A DNA stretch of 64,000 bases from Elusimicrobiota bacterium (GTDB lineage: Bacteria; Elusimicrobiota; Elusimicrobia; Elusimicrobiales; UBA9959). The stretch is taken from NCBI GenBank assembly GCA_036574205.1, contig JAINCQ010000028.1, forward strand, positions 103,554-167,553, read 5' to 3'. The notes under the pieces were generated by a model, which did no database searches, had not been told where the DNA came from, and saw only the letters and a list, made by a program, of their open reading frames with translations. Positions within the stretch are counted from its first letter, which is position 1. The number at the start of each line of letters is the position of its first letter. This document shows, in pieces, positions 40,360 through 50,531 of this stretch. Both the position numbers and the translations under genes were made by a program.

Positions 40360-43300
40360 TTATTTTTTTGTTGGTTTAAACACAAAGTTTTTTATTTTGT
40401 TTTCGAAATTGGGAAAGTTATCAAACCAGTATTGCTGATATTCTTTTAAAACAGATGCAATCCCTTTCCTGGATTTAAGGAGTAATTTTACGTTTATAAT
40501 GAGGTCATTATATAAAAAATCTATACTTTGCTTTTGTCCATTATTTTTATATTCAAATATATTAGAAAAACCATCTATTTTTCGATATCCATCTGCGTAT
40601 TCAGTCCCTTTTGGATCAATAAAGAGAATCAGGTATTGGTTATTTTTTTGTGCCCAGAAGATAAAGTCTGGCTTAAAATTTGTTATTTTATTTTCTTTAG
40701 GATTGTAATAAGGAATAAATACTTCGTCCAGCGTTTGATCAAGTTTTGAAAACATCCACCAGTCAAACTGAGTAAATACATTATCCTGTTTAGAAAGATA
40801 TTCTTCAAGTTCCTTAATAAATTTTACCTCACTATCAACATTAATAATATGATTAAGGTAGTTAATTTTTTCTGTCTCTGAAACTATTACTGGCAGATAG
40901 TAATGGTTTGCTAAATACTTGATTTTAATCATCTGATTTTCAATTTTATAGTTCTCTGCTTCTTCAAACGATTTTAATTCTTTATCGTATTCTTGTCTTC
41001 TGCCTTCTCTAAATAGTTTATCAAGTTTTTTTTCATATTCAGGTTTATTTTTTATAGTTTCGATTTTTCTTTTTATCTCTTCATACTTATTATTATCGTT
41101 AATCTTTATCTTTTTGAAATGTACAATTTCATTCTCTAATTTTTTAAACTTATCAAACTTTTTACTTTTAAGACTAAAATAATCAAAGATTCTTGTAATA
41201 ATCAATTCTGGTTCAAAAAACAAATTACTTTCATTAAAATCATAGTATTTATCTTTATCATTTAAAAAACTTATTTTTACTTTCTTTAAAACCTCTAAAT
41301 TACAATCATATTTTACTAAAGCTATCTTATCCCCAATATGATTAAAATATTTAGAGGTTAACTCAAAATCGTTTTTGTTAATAGGATATTTTATTAAATT
41401 ATCTTCTTGTGCTAAAATTATCTCGTCAGTTTTATAAACTGGTATTAAAAGAAGATGCTTTTGCACTTCGGGATTTAAAATAAATAAATCACCCAAACTT
41501 TTATCTTGTTTTTCTGCTTTTAGTATTGCAATAGTTTCTTTTAAATTAGTTGCATTTGTTCCAAAAATAAATAGGCTTTCAATTGGAAAAATCAGATTTT
41601 TTATTTTTTCAAATAACTCCTCGTTAATAATTTTGGCGTTAAGTAAATTTTGAAGTCGTCTTTTTTGGTATTTTTGCGGCTCTATCCTGATCCCTCTACC
41701 TATTGATTGAAGAATAAATTTTTTTGCATCACGTTCAACACCGATATTAATAAACAAAATCAGGTTTGGTCGGTTAGAATCCCAACCTTCATAGAAAGAA
41801 CGAGAACCCATTAAAATGTTTATATCAGAATCATCAGTATTGATTGCCTTAAAGTAGCTTTCGTTTTCAAAACTCTCGTTTATTTCATATCCTTTCAGTT
41901 TGTTTTTAAGCCAGCCAGAAATATCGCCGATCTTAATCAAGGCAAAAGGTTTATCAGATGTCATAAGTCTAAAAATAAGTTCTTGCCGATTTCCAGGGAT
42001 TTTTAAAACTTCAATCTTACCCGGAGTTTTAGCGTTCAAAACACATTTTAAAATGTCGTCATAATCCAATTCTGAAACTAAATCGGAGTTAATGACACAT
42101 TCCAAATCTTCAAATACGAGTTTAGCGTTGTTGTTAAATTCCTGGATAATTTCCTCTTTTGCCTTTTTAATCAAATCGGGTTTAACTTCATTTTTCGCAA
42201 CTTTCTCTAATTCTCTAAAAAATATTTCTAAATCAGATTGTTCTACATCTACGGAATTAACCAGTGTTAAAAGTAATGGGTGGTGATATAGCGAATTATT
42301 CACTTCTCTGATTTTTTCAAAATATTTATTGATATAAGCCAAAAGTAATAAGGTCTTTAAAACAATTTTTTGCTTTTCAAGTGGCGAGAAATCAGTTGAG
42401 TTACGAAACGCGCTGATTTCGGCAGAAGATACATAAATATGCTTACCATATCCTTCTTCAACAAACTTTGAAAGATTGAAATTGAAAGCGCAAGTCGCAA
42501 AATCCCATGGATCTGTGAATGTAGCAGAGAAATTAAATAAAAAACCATTTCTTGAAAGTATTGAATATAGAATCTGCCTTTTGCTGTCTTCTTTATCACC
42601 TTTATGTGCTTCATCTAAAAGGATATACCAATTGCCATCATCGTCATAATTTTTAAAATTAACAATTTTTTCTTTATGTTCGTCAGAAATTAAATCAGAA
42701 CGGTAATAAAAAACAGTAACCTCATTTTTGGCAAACGGTAAAGCATTTTCGCGCTTGACATTCTCATAATCTCTCAGATTTTTAAGATTTATTTTTATGC
42801 CTGCCTGCGTGCCGCCCGCGGGCAGTTTAAAATTGAAGTTATTAAACTCATCAACATGATTTTTAAATTGTTCCAGAAGATCATCGCGATGCGTCAGAAA
42901 AATAATATCCTTCGCCGGTAATTCTTTTTCAGCTATGAGTTTCCCTAAAAGTTCAATTAGCTTAACAATAATAAGAGTCTTACCTGATCCAGTTGCCATC
43001 CAGAAACTCATACGGTTGATAAAATATGCAAAAGAAATCTTTGAATCTATTACAGGATAATCCTTATCGTATTCTTTTAAATATTTTGTTATCTTTTTGC
43101 CTTCTTTCTTTTTCAAGTCATAATCAAAATTTTCTTCTAAACCATTAAGTTTATAATGCTCAAATAAAGCTACTTTATCAGCATTTTTTTCTTTGAAATA
43201 CAGGTGTAATGTCTTCAATGCGTTTTTCAAAGCCTCTTGCTGAAAATCAAAAAGTGTTTTATCTTTTGAAAATCGGGCTAAACCTGTCTGTGCCGTGCTT

Positions 43301-43389
43301 GTTGCAGCAGGTAGGGCAAAAACTTGCCACTTTACAGGTAAATTTTCAAAAGGAATTTCATCTATAATATTTTGTAAGTATAGTTTCAT
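40360..43389 (-). CDS. res: Type III restriction endonuclease (Res) subunit
   Basis: MATGSGKT, LDEAH, FSAT, EGWD, QSIGRGIR helicase motifs and C-terminal PDF...IDPKG nuclease motif. Confidence 0.93.
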   Translation of the reverse strand: MKLYLQNIIDEIPFENLPVKWQVFALPAATSTAQTGLARFSKDKTLFDFQQEALKNALKTLHLYFKEKNADKVALFEHYKLNGLEENFDYDLKKKEGKKITKYLKEYDKDYPVIDSKISFAYFINRMSFWMATGSGKTLIIVKLIELLGKLIAEKELPAKDIIFLTHRDDLLEQFKNHVDEFNNFNFKLPAGGTQAGIKINLKNLRDYENVKRENALPFAKNEVTVFYYRSDLISDEHKEKIVNFKNYDDDGNWYILLDEAHKGDKEDSKRQILYSILSRNGFLFNFSATFTDPWDFATCAFNFNLSKFVEEGYGKHIYVSSAEISAFRNSTDFSPLEKQKIVLKTLLLLAYINKYFEKIREVNNSLYHHPLLLTLVNSVDVEQSDLEIFFRELEKVAKNEVKPDLIKKAKEEIIQEFNNNAKLVFEDLECVINSDLVSELDYDDILKCVLNAKTPGKIEVLKIPGNRQELIFRLMTSDKPFALIKIGDISGWLKNKLKGYEINESFENESYFKAINTDDSDINILMGSRSFYEGWDSNRPNLILFINIGVERDAKKFILQSIGRGIRIEPQKYQKRRLQNLLNAKIINEELFEKIKNLIFPIESLFIFGTNATNLKETIAILKAEKQDKSLGDLFILNPEVQKHLLLIPVYKTDEIILAQEDNLIKYPINKNDFELTSKYFNHIGDKIALVKYDCNLEVLKKVKISFLNDKDKYYDFNESNLFFEPELIITRIFDYFSLKSKKFDKFKKLENEIVHFKKIKINDNNKYEEIKRKIETIKNKPEYEKKLDKLFREGRRQEYDKELKSFEEAENYKIENQMIKIKYLANHYYLPVIVSETEKINYLNHIINVDSEVKFIKELEEYLSKQDNVFTQFDWWMFSKLDQTLDEVFIPYYNPKENKITNFKPDFIFWAQKNNQYLILFIDPKGTEYADGYRKIDGFSNIFEYKNNGQKQSIDFLYNDLIINVKLLLKSRKGIASVLKEYQQYWFDNFPNFENKIKNFVFKPTKK
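42799..42825. repeat. In-frame GC-rich palindromic insertion in res
   Basis: GCCTGCCTGCGTGCCGCCCGCGGGCAG in an AT-rich gene; encodes LPAGGTQAG. Confidence 0.7.
43283..43315. repeat. In-frame GC-rich palindromic insertion in res
   Basis: CCTGTCTGTGCCGTGCTTGTTGCAGCAGGTAGG (33 bp, ends pair with G-U wobbles); encodes LPAATSTAQTG. Confidence 0.7.
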
Positions 43390-44375
43390 GATATTAAAAG
43401 GTTCGTAACAATTTTAATTAAAGTATCTTTATCCTCCGATTTACTTATTGCTATTAAAAGTACTAAAGCAGTTAAAGTATTATCGTTTATTTTCCTTTCT
43501 CCTGTTTTGAGATATAAATATTTATTTTTTTCCAAAAAGTAGATAAAAAGAAAAGATGCTATGCGTTTATTACCATCAATAAAGGGATGATCTTTAATAA
43601 TAAAGTACAAAAGATGGGCATCTTTTTCTTCTAATGATGGATATAATTCTTTTTTGCCGAAAGTTTGATAGATATTTTCAATTATTCCTTTAAATTTTTC
43701 GTCATTTTCCTGTCCAAATAATTTGCCAGCTTCTTTTTTAGAAATGAGGTCTTTTTTTATTTCTTCAATAATTTTTTTAGCATCTTCATATGTTAAAACA
43801 TATTTATCTTGTTCTTTTTTAACCAGATTTAATTTTTCTTTATCATACTGTTCAAGCAATGTAAAAGTTTTAGAGTAACTCGCAAGCAGGTTTAAAATTT
43901 CCTGCTCTTGTCCACTAAGCAGTTTGTGTCTTGATTTTTCTTGCAGAAAAAAAATAGTTTGCTGCAATTCTTTTAATTCATTCTGTACCTCTAAAAGGCG
44001 TTTTTCGTTAACAGCATAACCCTTTAATAAATAATTTTTTAAGATTTTAGTTGCCCATCGCCTGAAATGTATGGCTCTGGCTGAGTTTACTCTATATCCA
44101 ACAGCAAGAATGACATCCAGATTATAAAAATTTACCGGTTTATCTGACCCAGCAATGTGCATTTTTTGCACATTGCTTTTTTTATCCACCTCTTTATCCG
44201 CCAAAATTTTATTAATATGCTTTGTTATAACCGATCGTTCTTTGTTAAAAAGTCTGGCGATCTCCTCCTGACAAAGCCACACAGTTTCTTTTTCAAAACG
44301 GACTTCAAATTGAATCTCATTTTGTTGGGATTTATAAAAAACTATTTCACCTTTTCTGCAAGTTTTATTTATCAT
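43386..44375 (-). CDS. RhuM-domain / Fic-Doc family protein
   Basis: ETVWL...YNLDVILAVGYRVNS...FRRWAT (RhuM) plus HPFIDGNKR (Fic/Doc). Confidence 0.92.
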   Translation of the reverse strand: MINKTCRKGEIVFYKSQQNEIQFEVRFEKETVWLCQEEIARLFNKERSVITKHINKILADKEVDKKSNVQKMHIAGSDKPVNFYNLDVILAVGYRVNSARAIHFRRWATKILKNYLLKGYAVNEKRLLEVQNELKELQQTIFFLQEKSRHKLLSGQEQEILNLLASYSKTFTLLEQYDKEKLNLVKKEQDKYVLTYEDAKKIIEEIKKDLISKKEAGKLFGQENDEKFKGIIENIYQTFGKKELYPSLEEKDAHLLYFIIKDHPFIDGNKRIASFLFIYFLEKNKYLYLKTGERKINDNTLTALVLLIAISKSEDKDTLIKIVTNLLIS

Positions 44376-44387
44376 AAATCTTTATTT

Positions 44388-46852
44388 TTATTCCCACCAG
44401 ATTAATGGTTTAATAAGTTTATAATCTAAATCTTTTATATTTATTTTTGTCTCATCTTCAAACTCCACTTTGTCATTAGTGATTTTCTTAATCCATTTAC
44501 CGGTTAGATTAGATAGAGTTTCAGCGATGTCTATATTGGGATAGAGCTTTGATAAATCTACTTTGACTCGATTATTTTTATAATCAATCTCTAATGCTTT
44601 AAGCATTTTTTCATCTTTCATAAAGACATATTCCTGATACGGACTTTTTCCTGGCATATCAAACAAATCCCCATCTTCATATTTACAATTTGCTAAAGTT
44701 TCCTCATATTGTTCAAGTTCGTAATATTTAAAAAAGCCGCCACCTTGATATTCTTTTATTTCTTTTGAAATACCGGATTTATCATAGGCTAAAACTTTTT
44801 TCATTCTTGGTAAAACTACACTATAAAAGTGTCCTCCCATTTCTATGCCAATCCATTTCCTGCCAAGCTTGTGTGCTACTGCTGTTGTAGTGCCAGAGCC
44901 AAGGAAAAAATCCATAACTAAATCACTTTCATTAGAAGTAGATTCTATAACACGCTTTAGAAGGATTTCGGAGTTTTCGGTTGAAAAACTCCATCCAAAT
45001 GAATAACTACCTATATCTGTCCAGTTAGAATCTACAGGGGTTAATTTTGACTCCAAATATTGAGGTAAGCCCTTTTGTTTATTTCCTAAGACATCAATAT
45101 ATTCATATGCTGTATAAATCCTAATTCTTTTTTCTTTATTAAGTTGATCAAATTTTGTTTGAGAAAACCTCCAATGATGACCTTTTGGTGCAATAAATTT
45201 TATTTTCCCTAATTCAATTATGTTGGCATCCTTATTTTCTTTTGGAGAAACAGCGTTCACCCATCTTGTTTCTCTTCCTCTTTCTTTGAAAATCATATTA
45301 AAAGTAATTTTTGTATTTCTTCCATAAAAGTAAAGCAAATCGTAGGCTGGGTTAAATCGTTCTGGAACATTTGTCCCCTGATAATTAACTTTTCGAAGAG
45401 ATATCTCATTCCTAAAATTCTCCTCTCCAAATATCTCATCCATCAGACATCTTACAATCCAATTTCCATTATAATCACACCGGACAAAAATACTTCCTTT
45501 TTCATTAAGCCAATTTTTAGCAAGTCGCAATCTATTTTCAAGTAGTGTAGCCCAGTTAGCATCTTTGTAATTTGTGCGGTATAAAAACTGGTCAGAGGAA
45601 TCTAAATTAAACGGCGGATCTATATAAATTGTCTGGACTTTTTCTTTGAATTTAGACAGGATTGTATTTAGTGCTTGATAGTTTTCGCTTTTTATAAGCC
45701 AGCCGTCTAGAGATTTATCTAAATCTTCAAATTGATTTAGAATCTCAAGTTCTATGCTTTAAAATATTTTGTATCGATAGGTAAATGCTTGTATTTTTCA
45801 GATAAGTATTTGCCTGTTAAATTACTTTCAAAAATATCTTCCATATTAAAATTTTTATCAATAATTCCAAGTTCCAGCCATTCTTTTATTTGTTCTTTTA
45901 TATTCTCGTGTTTAAAAATTTTTTCAATAAGTTCTAGATTCTTTATCCTGTCCAGCGTAATCACATAGTTTGAGTTTTTAACAAACTTCGGCTTGTTCCA
46001 TATTTTTACCAATTCATCTTCAAACTGTGAAATAAAGTCAATGATTTTAAATGCAATGTCTTTTAAGATTTGCAACTCATTAACTCTTTCTGCGCTCCAT
46101 TCTTTTGCCCCTTCCCAGAAATACTGATAACTCCATAGTTTAAACTGCTCTTGCAAAAATGCTTTAGCGTTTTTATTAATAAAAAAATCAACTTCACTTT
46201 GCTTTTCAAAAATTTTAAAGGCTTGCTCTAATTGTTCTTCTGTAATCACAATACCTTTTTTCTTTACAGCTTTTAATATCTCGTCCTGTTTTGTTTTTGT
46301 CCCTTTTTCTGAGTATTGAACACTAAAAACAATCGTTCTATCTTCCTTAACCTCATCTAATTCAAAAATCAGTGATCGCTTTTCATTGGCTTTTTTGTTT
46401 TCTATATTTGAAGCATTAAAATAAAACTTAAATCCATTAATCTCTACTGGTAAACTTCTAAAAATCCTGTCAGTTTTGATATAATAGAGCATCTGAGTTT
46501 TCCAAAAAAGAATAACATTTTTTTCATCAGTATAAACTTTTTCATATATATTATTATGAAACGGTGTTGAATTAAAATAGATTGAACCACTTTCTGTGAA
46601 ATATCGGTTAAAAAAAGAATAGAGTTTGTCAAAAAGCTCGTCTTTAAATTTTGAGTGTCTGTCTGTGCGTGGATCATCTCCAGAGGAATGTCTTTTTAGC
46701 GCATCTTCAATATCTTTTTGAAGAATACTTTCAATTTTGCGATAGTAATTTGATTTTATTTTCATCAAATTAATAAAACCACCCTTACCTTCAATATTAG
46801 CACCAATAAACACATTCCGTAGTGCTTCGTAAAATTTTTGTTCTTTTGTCAT
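44388..46852 (-). pseudogene. mod: Type III m6A DNA methyltransferase (Mod) split by a -1 frameshift (about 821 aa if repaired)
   Basis: ORF 45752-46852 ends KYFKA*; the -1 frame continues IELEILNQ...IYIDPPFN (motif IV) into ORF 44388-45530 with DFFLGSGTT (motif I). Break at about 45756. Confidence 0.88.
46658..46686. repeat. Degenerate in-frame GC-rich insertion in mod
   Basis: TCTGTCTGTGCGTGGATCATCTCCAGAGG begins like the two res insertions; lies in HSSGDDPRTDRHS. Confidence 0.5.
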
Positions 46853-47219
46853 AATATTTATTTCCTTTAAATTGTTTAAGCTTATAGAGCTTTAATTATT
46901 TTTCGCACTATATATTATTCCAAACATCGTTATATTTTTATATTTATTCAATATAATAACTCTCTTAAAAAGCCTTTAGAAACAAATTGCATATTGCTTT
47001 ATTATTCAATTTATATGGCTTTCACTATTATAGTATATCAAATACTTATAAGGTAATGTCAAATATATGTATGATTTACTAATTTTTGTGATATTTTGTT
47101 CTTTAAAAATATTTAATAATTTATAATTATTAATGAAAAATCAGGTATTTCTTTTGTTTAATTAGCAGAAATTTTAATTATTTCAATTCTTTTTTAGTTT
47201 GAATTTATATAATATAGAT

Positions 47220-48299
47220 ATGAATGTACTTATTTGTGTGAATTCTTTTAAAGGGACTGCAAGCTCAAAAGAAATAAATAAGATTCTAAGTAAAGTTCTT
47301 GTAAGAAAAGGATATGATGTCGTTGTTAAAAATGTTTCTGATGGTGGGGATGGTTTTTTAGATTGTTTTTCTGAAACTGGTAATATAATAAAAAAGAAAG
47401 TCACTGGTCCTTTTTATGGTTCAAAAATATCCGCTTCATATGTAATTGATAAAAAAGATGCTTTTATAGAGATTGCCCGGGTATGCGGGATAAGGTATCT
47501 TGAAGAAAAACAGCTTGATATTATGAATGCTACTACCTATGGAGTTGGAGAGTTAATTAAAGATGCTATAAATAGAGGAGCTATAAAAATTTATTTAGGG
47601 CTTGGGGGGACAGCATCAAATGATGCTGGATTTGGTATGGCTAAAGCACTTGGAGTCAGGTTTCTGGATGGAAAAGGAGATGAGGTTGAAAATAGTATAT
47701 TTGGGCTTATAAGAGTTAAAAAAATAGATTTTTCAAATTTTATTTCAATTGATGGGATTGACTTTTATGGTGTTTGTGATGTAAAAAATAAACTTCTTGG
47801 TAAATATGGTTCGGCTAAGATTTTCGGGCCTCAAAAAGGGGCATTGCCAAAGGATATACCTATTATAGAAAAAGCGCTTACAAATTTTAAAGATGTTTTG
47901 CTAAAACAAAAAGGAATAGATATCTCTAAGATAACAGGAGGTGCTTCAGCTGGTGGACTTGGAGCCGGGATTTCTGGAATATTGGGAGGACGGCTTTTAA
48001 ACGGTTCTGATTTTGTTATGAAGAAGCTTAATTTGATATCCTTTATAAAAAAAGCTGACATAATTATAACCGGGGAAGGAAAACTGGATAAATCAAGTTT
48101 TTATGGCAAGATAACCGGTGAGATAATAAAAATTTCTTTAAAGTATCATAAAAAAATATTTGTATTCTGTGGTTTAAATGAATATGAAAAAGCAATAAGA
48201 GGGGCTAATTTAATTTCGTTTGACAAAAAGTATCCAGTTCCGTTTCTTAAGAAAAATATTCTTTCAGTTTTAAAAAAAGAGATAAACAATATTTTGTAA
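47220..48299 (+). CDS. glxK: Glycerate kinase
   Basis: NSFKG, SDGGDG, TTYGVGELI, GLGGTASNDAG, FGPQKGA, ITGEG...GK. Confidence 0.93.
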   Translation: MNVLICVNSFKGTASSKEINKILSKVLVRKGYDVVVKNVSDGGDGFLDCFSETGNIIKKKVTGPFYGSKISASYVIDKKDAFIEIARVCGIRYLEEKQLDIMNATTYGVGELIKDAINRGAIKIYLGLGGTASNDAGFGMAKALGVRFLDGKGDEVENSIFGLIRVKKIDFSNFISIDGIDFYGVCDVKNKLLGKYGSAKIFGPQKGALPKDIPIIEKALTNFKDVLLKQKGIDISKITGGASAGGLGAGISGILGGRLLNGSDFVMKKLNLISFIKKADIIITGEGKLDKSSFYGKITGEIIKISLKYHKKIFVFCGLNEYEKAIRGANLISFDKKYPVPFLKKNILSVLKKEINNIL

Positions 48300-48327
48300 A
48301 ATATAATAGCAAGGAGAATATATTGTT

Positions 48328-49377
48328 ATGGATAAGATAAGATTTGGAGTTATAGGCGCCGGTAAGATAGGAACTTATCATACAAGAACTTTAGCTTCAA
48401 TGAAGGAAGTTGATCTTGTTGGTGTAGCAGATGTAGATTTATTAAGAGCTCAGGTTTTAGCCTGGAATAATAATACTATGGCATACAGGGATTATTCTGA
48501 TCTTTTTCATCAGGTTGATGCTCTGGTAATAGCTGTTCCAACACATCTTCATGCAGAGGTTGCGCTTAAAGCAATGGAGAAGGGGATTCATTGTCTGGTT
48601 GAAAAACCTATAACAGATTCTATAGAAGATGCCAAAAAATTAAGCGAGTTGTCAGAAAAAAAAGGGGTTGTTCTTCAGGTGGGACATGTTGAAAGGTTTA
48701 ATCCGGCTGTGGTTGAGGCGCAAAAGCATATAAAAAAACCGCTTTATATAAATATGGAAAGGCTTGGACCTTATGATCCGAGGGTTTCATCTATAGGGGT
48801 AACTCTTGATTTGATGATACATGATCTTGATATACTTCTTTCTCTGGTTAACTCTGATATCGAATCAATAGATTCAATTGGCGCAAGGGTGTTTTCTAAT
48901 TTTGAGGATATCTCTAATGCAAGGATAAAATTTAAAAATGGAACTATTGCTGATCTTACAGCAAGCAGGGTAACTTTTGAAAGGATAAGAAGAATGAGGG
49001 TTTATCAGGATGAAGAATATATATCTGTTGATTATATAAGTTCGCGAATTAAGATATATCGTAAAAAAAACGATCCGCCAAAAGATCTAAATGATATAGA
49101 GATTATAACACCTAAGATTGAAAGGAAGATGCCGATAACAGAAGAACTTTATCATTTCATAGATTGTATAAAAAATCTTAAAAAACCGGTGCCTGATGCA
49201 GCAAAAGGCATAAGCGCTTTAAAGCTGGCAATAACTATTACCGAAGGGATAAAACGTTACGATATGCCGCGTGCTCAGGTTGATGAAAAATCCAGATTTG
49301 CCAGAAGAGTTGGGGATATAGTGGAAGCTGCAAAAATTATAATAGATTCAAAGATTGATGATAATATTGGAAAGTGA
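48328..49377 (+). CDS. Gfo/Idh/MocA oxidoreductase, probably GnnA (UDP-GlcNAc 3-dehydrogenase)
   Basis: GAGKIG, VEKP, GHVERFNP, DLMIHD, TASRV; overlaps lpxB. Confidence 0.8.
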   Translation: MDKIRFGVIGAGKIGTYHTRTLASMKEVDLVGVADVDLLRAQVLAWNNNTMAYRDYSDLFHQVDALVIAVPTHLHAEVALKAMEKGIHCLVEKPITDSIEDAKKLSELSEKKGVVLQVGHVERFNPAVVEAQKHIKKPLYINMERLGPYDPRVSSIGVTLDLMIHDLDILLSLVNSDIESIDSIGARVFSNFEDISNARIKFKNGTIADLTASRVTFERIRRMRVYQDEEYISVDYISSRIKIYRKKNDPPKDLNDIEIITPKIERKMPITEELYHFIDCIKNLKKPVPDAAKGISALKLAITITEGIKRYDMPRAQVDEKSRFARRVGDIVEAAKIIIDSKIDDNIGK

Positions 49378-50531
49378 TTATGCCAAAAATTACCAGAAAT
49401 AGTGATATTCTTGTAGTAGCAGGGGATGTCTCCGGTGATTTGCATGCTGCTAACCTTGTTGCTGAACTTAAAAAAGAGGAACCTTCTCTTGTTGTTCATT
49501 CAATTGGTGGAGTAAGACTTAAAGAAGTTTCAGATAAGTTTCTCTATGACCTTGTTTCAAAAGGCAGTTTTGGATTTGTTAGCAGTTTTAAAAGTATAGG
49601 TTTATGGATTAAGCTTATATCACTTGTTAGAAGATTTCTTGAAGAAAAAAAGCCGGCTTTTGTTATAGTTGTTGATTTTTATGGATTTAACAGACAGGTT
49701 CTTGGTCTTGCGAAAAACAGAGATATACCGGTTTATTATTATATTCCTCCACAGGTATGGGCATCTCGTCCTAAAAGGGCTCAGACAATATCAAAGATAG
49801 CAAAAGAAATATTTGCCATATTTCCTTTTGAGGTTGATATATATAAAAAATTAGGTGGAAATGTAAGTTTTTTTGGGCATCCACTTTTAGATATAGTTTG
49901 TGATGTGGATATTGAGAAAAAAATGAGTTTAATGGGTGGCAGTGAATATCCATATAAGATAGGAATACTTCCGGGATCAAGGGATATTGAGATAAAAAAT
50001 CATCTTGAGGTTTTTGTTGATGTCTTTAAAGGGATTAAAAAAGTTTTTAATAAGGCAGAAGGATATATTTTTGCAATAGAAGAATTTGGAGATGATTATT
50101 ATTATAACCTTTTAGTTGATGAATATCTGGATATAAAGGTTGTAAGAGATGATAATTATAAAATTAGGGCTAATATGGATTTTTGTCTTACCTGTTCAGG
50201 AACGGCTACACTTGAAAATGCGCTTTGTGGCATCCCTATGATGGTTGGTTATAAAACATCATTTATAAATTATGAGATAGCAAAGATGATAATAAATATA
50301 CCATATATCTCGCTTGTAAATATAATCTATAATCGCCCTGTGGTTAAGGAGTTTATTCAAAGGGATTTTAAGGTTGAAAAAATACTGAAGTATGTTCTTG
50401 AAATTTTGAATGATCAAAAAAAATATTCAGTTATGGTAAAGGAATTATATGATATAAGGAAAAATCTTGGCGAAAAAGGTGTTAATGCTAAAATAGCCCA
50501 TAAGATAATATCTAATTTTGAAATTATATGA
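49374..50531 (+). CDS. lpxB: Lipid-A-disaccharide synthase
   Basis: AGDVSGD, PPQVWA, GHPL, LPGSR, SGTATLE. Confidence 0.95.
   Translation: MIMPKITRNSDILVVAGDVSGDLHAANLVAELKKEEPSLVVHSIGGVRLKEVSDKFLYDLVSKGSFGFVSSFKSIGLWIKLISLVRRFLEEKKPAFVIVVDFYGFNRQVLGLAKNRDIPVYYYIPPQVWASRPKRAQTISKIAKEIFAIFPFEVDIYKKLGGNVSFFGHPLLDIVCDVDIEKKMSLMGGSEYPYKIGILPGSRDIEIKNHLEVFVDVFKGIKKVFNKAEGYIFAIEEFGDDYYYNLLVDEYLDIKVVRDDNYKIRANMDFCLTCSGTATLENALCGIPMMVGYKTSFINYEIAKMIINIPYISLVNIIYNRPVVKEFIQRDFKVEKILKYVLEILNDQKKYSVMVKELYDIRKNLGEKGVNAKIAHKIISNFEII

Noticed and set aside
40242..47219. att sites or terminal repeats bounding the R-M island
   Set aside because: I could not find convincing direct or inverted repeats at the flanks by eye, and there is no adjacent integrase or tRNA.
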